DNA of 64,000 nt. Origin: the human T2T-CHM13v2.0 reference genome, Homo sapiens. Of this stretch, positions 55,479 through 64,000 are shown one piece after another (positions within the stretch are counted from its first letter, which is position 1; every line of letters starts with the position of its first letter). The notes under the pieces are model-generated. The model saw nothing but the letters and a program-made list of their open reading frames with translations, did not search any database and was not told where the DNA came from. The position numbers and the translations under genes were made by a program. The DNA is taken from assembly GCF_009914755.1 (NCBI RefSeq), contig NC_060941.1; one strand, 5' to 3'.

Positions 55479-56168
55479 TTCCTAAGTGTACTTTTTAGAG
55501 CTGATTAACAGGCATGCAATAAGGTTTGCTTTAGAGACCACAAATAACTCTCTAGAAACAAAACATGGAAACAAGAGTCTTCTCTGCCCCAGATGCCAGG
55601 ATGGGAGCCATCTGGATGCTGCCTGGATTACACACTTTCCCTGCCACCCTCCTGTGTGTCCACAGCTGGCTTTGCTGTGATCTACTGGACCAGCAGCTGC
55701 CAGCCAGCCCGCTGGGTGCACAACCCCAGACGCATGTCCTTGGCCTGCCTTGTGGGGCTTTCCAGCCCTGGCCAGCTCTGAGCTGTATGAGTGGGATGAA
55801 GAACCAACAGAGGAAGTTTGAGCTACAGTCACCATGTCCCAAGTGCACACTCCACCTGGGCAGCTCTTGGAAATCACACCAACTCTACATGTTGGTTGAG
55901 GGAACACCACAATTGCTGCCATTATAAACATCCTGGGTGCAGGAGTGGGCTGGGGGGCACATACCTGTTAGTGATGGAGAAGTGGGGTTTTATCCAGCTG
56001 GTCCTCTGATTAAAATCATCCCTTACAGCTTTATTATGTAGGTAACACTCCTAGTTATCTAACTAATATTGTGCTTTATTGAGAAATTTCTACAGAACAA
56101 GCATTTGGTTAAATACTCACATACAATATTTCATTTATTTATTCTGTGAGGAAAGGGGAGATACTATC

Positions 56169-56555
56169 TGATATGGTTTGGCTCTGTGTACCCACCCAAA
56201 TCTCATCTCGAATTGTAATCCCCACATGTCCAGGGAGGGACCTGTAATCCCCCATATGGAGGGAGGGAGGTGATTGGATCATGGGGGCAGTTTCCCCCAT
56301 GCTGTTCTTATGATAATAAGTGAGTTCTCATGAGATCTGATGGCTTTGTAAGTGTTTAGAAGTTCTTCCTTTGTTCTTGTCACTCCTGCCACCATGTGAT
56401 GAAGGTGCTTGCTTCCCTTTCACCTTCCGCCATGACTGTAAGTTTCCTGAGGCCTCCCAAACCGTGTGGAACTGTGAGTCCATTAAACCTCTTTCCTTTA
56501 TAAATTACCCAGTCTTGAGTATTTCTTTCTAGCAGTGTGAAAATGAACGAATACA
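56169..56555 (+). mobile_element. THE1 (C/D-like) solo LTR with perfect 5-bp TSD, inside a MIR
   Basis: 'tgatatggtttggctctgtg' to 'gaataca'; CTATC at 56164-56168 and 56556-56560. Confidence 0.95.
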
Positions 56556-56560
56556 CTATC

Positions 56561-56700
56561 TCTACCTCCATTTTATATATGAGAAAACTCAGGCTCATGG
56601 AGGTGAGATAACACATCCAGCACCATGCAACTAAGAAGCAGTCAAGCTGGATTCACACCCAGATGTTCTGACTCCAGACCCTGCATCTTCATCACTGTCT
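56561..56700 (-). mobile_element. MIR (host of the THE1 LTR; upstream half at ~56060-56163)
   Basis: 'ccattttatatatgagaaaactcaggctcatggagg'. Confidence 0.75.
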
Positions 56701-56874
56701 GCTGAGGCCATCCTTGCTGTGACAACACCTGGAACAACAGCCAGTGCATGGAAGGCTGTCAGTAAATGGTGGCTACCCTCTCACCCTGTCGTTACTATTG
56801 TAGCATGGCCTCTTGTGTAAGTCAACCAACCTAAGCTCCCACATAGGTCTCTGCATGGTTTTGTTAATTAGCTT

Positions 56875-57070
56875 ATTAGTTAGGGCTGCATAACAAATTA
56901 TGCCAAAACGTAGTGGCTTAAGACAACACACATTTATTATTGCACAGTTTCATGGCTCAGGGTTCTGAGCACAACTTGGCTGGCTTCCCCAGCTCAGGCT
57001 CTCACAAAACTGCCATCGAGGTTGGGGCTGCAACATCATCTGAAGCCTGCCTGGGGAAGGATCACGTCCC
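56875..57070 (-). mobile_element. MLT1 (E/F-like) LTR fragment
   Basis: 'gctgcataacaaattatgccaaaacgtagtggcttaagacaacacacatttatt'. Confidence 0.75.
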
Positions 57071-57581
57071 GGATTCACAGAATGCAGGCGGAGAGGCAAG
57101 GGCAAGTGAAGGACTTGCCCGAGGCCAGCTTAGCGTCGGTGTTCACATTTCAGATTCCCACCAACTTCTGTGATGTTGCCCAGCCACATAGACACATCAA
57201 ATAGATAAAGATGATGTTGCTATGGAGTCCTGGCATAGGTAGACCAGGGCCAGAAATGATCAAGGTAATTTGCAAATATCAAGGCAATCAACCCTAGACT
57301 GTGAGCCCCACGAGCCAGGAGAATATACATTTTACTCACTGCTGCATCCCAGCACCTAGGAGTGCATAGGACTACTTCCTGCCCAGCCAATAGCTGCTGG
57401 GTGAAATGAATGGTTCCGTTGATGGCAGCAATCAGGACTGGCTTCCACCCAGAGGATCATTTGTGAAGAGGGGGAGAAAGCAGGAGAGGAGGTGTGGGGT
57501 AGATAGCCAGGCATGGGACGGGGAGCACGCAGCACTTACTCCTCCTCCATGCCTGTCTTCTCATCATAAATGGTGAATAAA

Positions 57582-57884
<303 letters not shown>

Positions 57885-58223
57885 AAATGGTGAATAAAGA
57901 AATAACCTATCCAAGGAGCCAGAGAAATCTTCCAACCACCTGGTCGGCCTGTGCTAGTTTCAAAGGGGATCATGTATCTACAGAAAACACAGGTAACCTC
58001 GGGTTGCATAGGGCAAGTAGGGAGATGATTTTCCCCCTAGAGCCGGGACTACCCTTCCAAGCCACAGCCCTTCACCTTTAGGAGGAAAGAAAAGGCTTTT
58101 TGATGAGAGTCCTCTTTAAAAGGAAAGAAATGCAGTCTCGTCAAAAGCCCAGTGGTAACACTTCCCTAACACAATGCGTGCTGGTGACAACGTCTAATGA
58201 AGACTTTTATGATAGGGATGTAA

Positions 58224-58227
<4 letters not shown>

Positions 58228-58254
<27 letters not shown>
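58228..58254 (+). repeat. A27 homopolymer not attached to a SINE
   Basis: Directly visible. Confidence 0.95.
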
Positions 58255-58734
58255 GATTAAAAAATTGGTTTCAATGCTTTGCCATCCAAGAGTTCATTTG
58301 TTTCCTCATTCATGCACTAAATAAGCCCCTAATTAATCTTGAACCTCGGAGAAAGGCGACTAGATTGCCATTTTCTCCGTAAGGACGCACTTCACATTTT
58401 GGGAAGTTTGAAGAGGCTCTTCAGCATTTTCCTTTAGTGGTATTTTATCAGCATTTTAGAGAAGCTTCATTAGGCTGCCGAAAGCTGCTAATTGCATTAC
58501 CATATTTTTAAGCCTCACGGGTTCGGGTCAGATTCATCGTTCTCCCAATTCTCCCACGAATCTGCAGGTTTGACATGTCAGAGATCCAACCGTTGAGGAG
58601 AGAGGCCACCGTTCACACCAGCGTGTTGCTTTCTCAAGGAAAATTTAGCTTCAAAAGTCATTGTGGTGTCACCACTCCTAGGGAGAAAAAATAAACCTCC
58701 AGCTTTCCAGCCAAGAAAAGAAACACAAAAGGAC

Positions 58735-59158
58735 TGTGTGTGTGCATGTGCGTGTTTGTGTATAGATAGATAGACATGAATATAGATGTACAAATGTGTG
58801 TTTAGAGATATATAAATATAATGTATATGCATAGAAATGAATATCTGTATATGTGTGTGTAGATATGAATATATGTATATGTGTGTAAACTGATATAAAT
58901 ATATGTATATGTGTGTAGACAAATATGAATATATGAGTATATGTATTTATCTGTAGATAGATATGAATATATGTATATATATACCTAGATATGAATATAT
59001 GTATATATGTGGAGATGGATATGAATATGCACATATGAATATATAAATAGATATGAATAGATGTGTGTATGTGTATAGATGATGTGTGTGTATATCTGAA
59101 TATATGCATAGATGTATATATGTAGATAATGACTACATATGTGTGTCACATATGTAGT
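58735..59158. repeat. AT-rich (TA/TG/ATATGA) low-complexity repeat
   Basis: Directly visible. Confidence 0.9.
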
Positions 59159-59264
59159 AAGTGATGATGCTTATATTTTATCTGGATTCTCCCCTCTCTT
59201 TAAAGAAAATTTCAATGGAAAACTAATTTCCAAACCTAAGCAGCTGAACACCCTTCCAGAAGCC

Positions 59265-59410
59265 TCACAGACATTATCTCATTTAATCCTCTCTACAACC
59301 TTGTGAAGAGTTAACTACTATTTCTGTCATTTTGCAAAGAGGGAAATGGATTCTCAGAGTTCATAAGTCACAGAACCCACAAGTGTTAGAGTCGAAACTT
59401 GAAGCAAGGC
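59265..59410 (-). mobile_element. MIR
   Basis: 'cattatctcatttaatcctctctacaaccttgtgaag'. Confidence 0.8.
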
Positions 59411-59592
59411 CAAGGGGGTCGCCAGCATCCGTGTTTGGTTGGTAATATTCTGCCTGGGAGTCAGGAGTCTAGGAGGTGACGGACCTGGGTCCAAGCCAGC
59501 TCCGTGCCTCCACACAAGCATCTTGGCCCCGCTGAGTCTCCCGTCGATGAAGTGATGATGTCCACCCTTTGGAGATAAGAAGATGAAATGAG

Positions 59593-59905
<313 letters not shown>

Positions 59906-61054
59906 TCACACAGGTGCAGCCCTGCAGCCCTGACTGGAGGCATCGCAAGACAGCTGAACCCCATAAAACCAGGGCAGGCACCCCACATCCTCAGGAGACC
60001 CCGGCCAACACACAAATCTGGGTCCTGCCAGCCGGCACCACTCAGAGACGGGATGGGGACAGTCCCATCTTCTGGCTTGAAAAGACTTACCCGGTTTCTC
60101 CTCTCCCGAACCTCACCCCTGGAGTCTAAATAGACACTGTGTTGGGTCGGGTTCCCGGCTGGGCATTGACACTTTTACCCCTCCTGCTCCATTTCTGGTC
60201 TCCAGAGTCTTTTTTCTTCTAACACAAGTGTCTGGGACCCAGCAGCCACTTTTCAAGCAGAGCTCCCCGACATGCCTTCCCTCCTACCCCCTCCCCACCT
60301 ACTCACTCTCCATCTCTGATGCTCCATGCAAGCACAGGAATGACGGAGCTGGGCTTCGGGGCAGCAGAAAGAGATGACTGAGAGACCCCCTCCGACTGTG
60401 GCCTCTGGTCCCTGAGATTGCCACCTGGGGCATGCCGGCTGCAACTGGGGAGGGTTTTAGGCACTGACAGGGCCCAGGAAGGGCTCAGCGATTGGCGAAG
60501 AGGCTCTGTGTTCACACAATGACAGCCTCCGGAAATGTGCAGGCCCCCCGAGCTGGGAACACAGGGTCTCTGGGCCAGCACTGCCCAAGGACCATCTGAG
60601 TCTTTATTAATCACAAAATAAGGAGATCCCTCCACCCCAGGCTACCAGGCAAGGGTCACCTGGTCTGCCCAAGGAGGAAGGGGACAGCAGGTGGCCACAA
60701 GAGTCTCCAGGGCAAGACCCAGCTGGTTCCCTCCTGCCTGTGGCCTGCTCCCCAGGAAGCCCAAACCGTGTGCACCATGCCCAGCAAGCTGGACGCTGCC
60801 CTTCCACCAGCCATGCGGGGGATTGGGTGGGGGGTGTTGGCTACAGTGGGTCTGATGCCTGGGAATCTCTGGCTTCTCTGCTGCATTGGCAAGATTGGGG
60901 GATAAGCAGACGGGCTTCCGGTTTGTTCTGTAGGAACTGTCTGTGTCCCCATGTCTTACAGAGGGAGGATGGCAGCAAATGGGGTCGGGAAGTTGCTGGC
61001 ATAGGAACCTGAGAGACAGACAGGAGTATCATTTGCAGCTTGGGTTTTGCACTC

Positions 61055-61215
61055 AGGTAGACACGGGTCCAAGTGTTGGCTCTGCCACATTCTACATGGG
61101 TGGCCTTGAGCAAGTGACACACCCTCCAGAAACCTGTTTCTTCCCTTGCAAAATGCAGCTAAGATTGTCACTACTTCTAGGATTGCTACAGGATTAAATG
61201 AGATTAAATGACACT
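61055..61215 (+). mobile_element. MIR
   Basis: 'ggctctgccacattctacatgggtggccttgagcaagtgac..ggattaaatgaga'. Confidence 0.8.
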
Positions 61216-61233
61216 TAAATAAAGATCAAATAG

Positions 61234-61561
<328 letters not shown>

Positions 61562-62319
61562 TCATTCCACAAGTATTTCTTGAGCAGCTACACTGGGAAT
61601 ACAAGTCCCTGGCCCCACACGGCACATGAGCTAGCTGAGGAGACAGATAATACACCGGGAAGACAACAAGCACGACAGGATCGATGGCAGGGAGTGCTGC
61701 GGAGGAGAAGGAGGAGGTGCCATCATGAAAACAGCAGGGACCGGCCGGGGGTCAGTGCAGGCCTGGTGCTTGGGCCAAGGGCTAAGGGATGAGAGGAGCC
61801 AGCCAGCTGAGGATGGGAGACCCAGGCAGAAGGGGGTGTGTCGGCCCTGAGTGGGGAAGGGCTCGGTGTGTTGAAAGAACTGAAAGTGGTCAGTGGGCTC
61901 GGACAGTGGTGAGCAGGGTGAGCCACGCAGGCACAGGGCTCGTGCTCCATCACTGTGGGGTGGCAGGCCCTGCAGCAAGGGTACCTGCCCATGACCACGC
62001 CCCTTCCCATCAGGAGGGCTTCCCAAGAGAGCTTCGTCTCCTGCCCCGAGGAAGCTTTCCACTGACAAATCTACATATGGAGCCCAGGAATGGCCGGGCG
62101 CAGAGAACCCACAAATGTACTCAGATCCCATCCCACCCTAGGACCCGGGCACTAAATCGTAAACAATATCACATGCCCTGAACGCTGTTTTCCCTTCTAC
62201 CAGGGAATCCTATTTTATTCTGATTTCTCTTTTGGCTGATCTCACTAGAAACTCAGGCCAAGAGAAAACACATCATACAAGAAGCTAGGAACCATATTCT
62301 ATTCCAGACCATTCATATC

Positions 62320-62351
62320 CTCTCTCTCTCTGCCTCTCTCTCTCTCTCTCC

Positions 62352-62383
<32 letters not shown>
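62320..62383. repeat. (CT)n(CA)n compound microsatellite
   Basis: Directly visible. Confidence 0.95.
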
Positions 62384-62385
<2 letters not shown>

Positions 62386-64000
62386 CAGCCATAAGTCAAA
62401 ACAAGGGCTACAGCGAACTCTAAAGATTCACAATAACACAGCTATTTCCACACCTGTGCAACATTAACCTACTATGGTCTTCACCACCAAAGAGTGATTT
62501 TTTAAAAAAACAAGCTAACATACAAACCCAACAAAACAGTTGTCAAATGTGGGTGATGTGGGTTTTACATGTAAAACATGCACACACACGCATACACACA
62601 CACCCATATGCATGTATCTGCCTCAGGCAATGAAATTACCCACATGTTGCCCTTGAAGTATAGAGATTTTTATCCCATTTAACAGAAAGGGGTTTGAGGC
62701 CCCGTCACTCACCCCAGGGAACACCGTGACTAAGCTGGAGGGCCCGGAGATGCTGGCAGTGCTCCCACTCTCTGAAGCCTCCTGGCACTTTGTTTCCTGA
62801 CAAGTGACACTTTTGGCCTGCCTTTTGTCCTGGCTCACTTACCTGAGAGCAGGGACCATGGCTCCTATACCTTGGTGTCTGTCCCTAGGACCTAGCCTGG
62901 TGCCTTTCATACAGTAGGTGCCCATGTAGCACCTATTGGATGAAATCTCCACAAAGCATAGGTTGGTAGGAATCAAGGCATAGAAAGGGTAACTTGGGGT
63001 CCCCACAGCACCGCCCTTTCCCCGCTCCCACTTCAACACTGTCCCACCTGCCTGGAAGCCCTGCCCTCCCCACACCTCACCCCAAGATGAAACGCCCAAC
63101 TCAGACATCACCTGGCTTCCTCTAGGCGATAAATTTCAAAACAGAAACATAGGGAATGAACACGGATGACCCCCTCGTTTTCTGAGTAAGTATCATTTTC
63201 AAAGCATTTGCCGTCCCACATCACTATTGTTTTACAAAATAAAGCACTTTCTAACACCAAAAGGTAGAAGGGATGTACTCTCAGCAGACAGAGCTGTCCT
63301 TGAAAGGACCGCGCCCAGCTTTGTGAGAAACTCGCCACTCTGTCCTGGTTCTTTTCATCTTGTCTCCAACCACAGACCCGCATCAGATGCCGGAGCCGCG
63401 TTTAGGAAGCGCCGTCCGGGAGGACAGCCAGTGGTGCCAACGGGGAAAGGAGCCAGGCCAGGAAGCCAGAAGCAGCGTGAGAGGGAGGCGGCTCCCAGTC
63501 AGAGGAGTGCAGATGTAGAGGAGGTGCCCGGGGTCCTGACCAAGAACTCCCGCCCCACCAGAGAACTGGAGTCCAGAGCTGGGACGCCAGCCAGGCTGGA
63601 GCAGGGATTCTTCTGGAGAGCTGAGCGAAGAACTGCAAGTCCTAACGACTCCCTCTGGACCCCGAGAGCCTTTCAGCTTCTCAGTTCGAGAGCGGGTGGC
63701 AAACTGTGTTCCAGGCTGGATCTCCATCCAGTCTCTAATTTTACACGAACGTGGTTCTCATTTTCCACCGTCGTTCCCTGTGAAATTCAAGAATGTAGTG
63801 GTCAGGATGATAAGCAGGAAACAAGGGTGAGGAGGGCTACCTGCCCTCTCAAGGCTAACGGGAGACCCCCTAACTTCCTTGGCCACCTCCCCATCCCACC
63901 TGCCGCACCCGCAGCCTGTGGAGGGGGCCCTGCAAACATCAGCTAGAAAGCCTGGGCAGCCAGCCCGCCACCCCAGAGCCACCCCCATCCTCCGCTCCAC

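Noticed and set aside
63227-63946. 239-aa ORF (similarly 21740-22498, 12897-13487)
   Set aside because: No recognisable domain. Composition is typical of chance ORFs in GC-rich non-coding DNA, and some start at non-ATG codons.

Overview
This is primate (human-like) euchromatic DNA, moderately GC-rich and mostly CpG-depleted. It looks intergenic or deep-intronic. I could not support any protein-coding exon, RNA gene or processed pseudogene, and I could not name the locus. The window holds about 21 Alu elements or fragments (J, S and Y types), several old L1M fragments, MIR/L2 relics, MaLR/ERVL solo LTRs (MLT1, THE1, MER74-like) and a probable hAT-Charlie fossil. Long composite simple repeats make up roughly 6 kb. 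The long ORFs in the ORF track are translations of simple repeats or Alus, or chance ORFs in GC-rich DNA. The most unusual object is a 1.6-kb GAT-ATR hexamer array (3274-4870). It appears to have grown inside an L1 relic, shows a ~720-bp higher-order duplication, and is stop-free in one frame on each strand. Other leads are a helically phased triple POU-octamer cluster, a (GGAA)13 microsatellite, a CpG-retaining motif-rich segment, closely spaced inverted Alu pairs and nested insertions with readable target-site duplications (TSDs). I see no convincing novel gene system. Repeat subfamily names come from recalled consensus sequences, not a database search.
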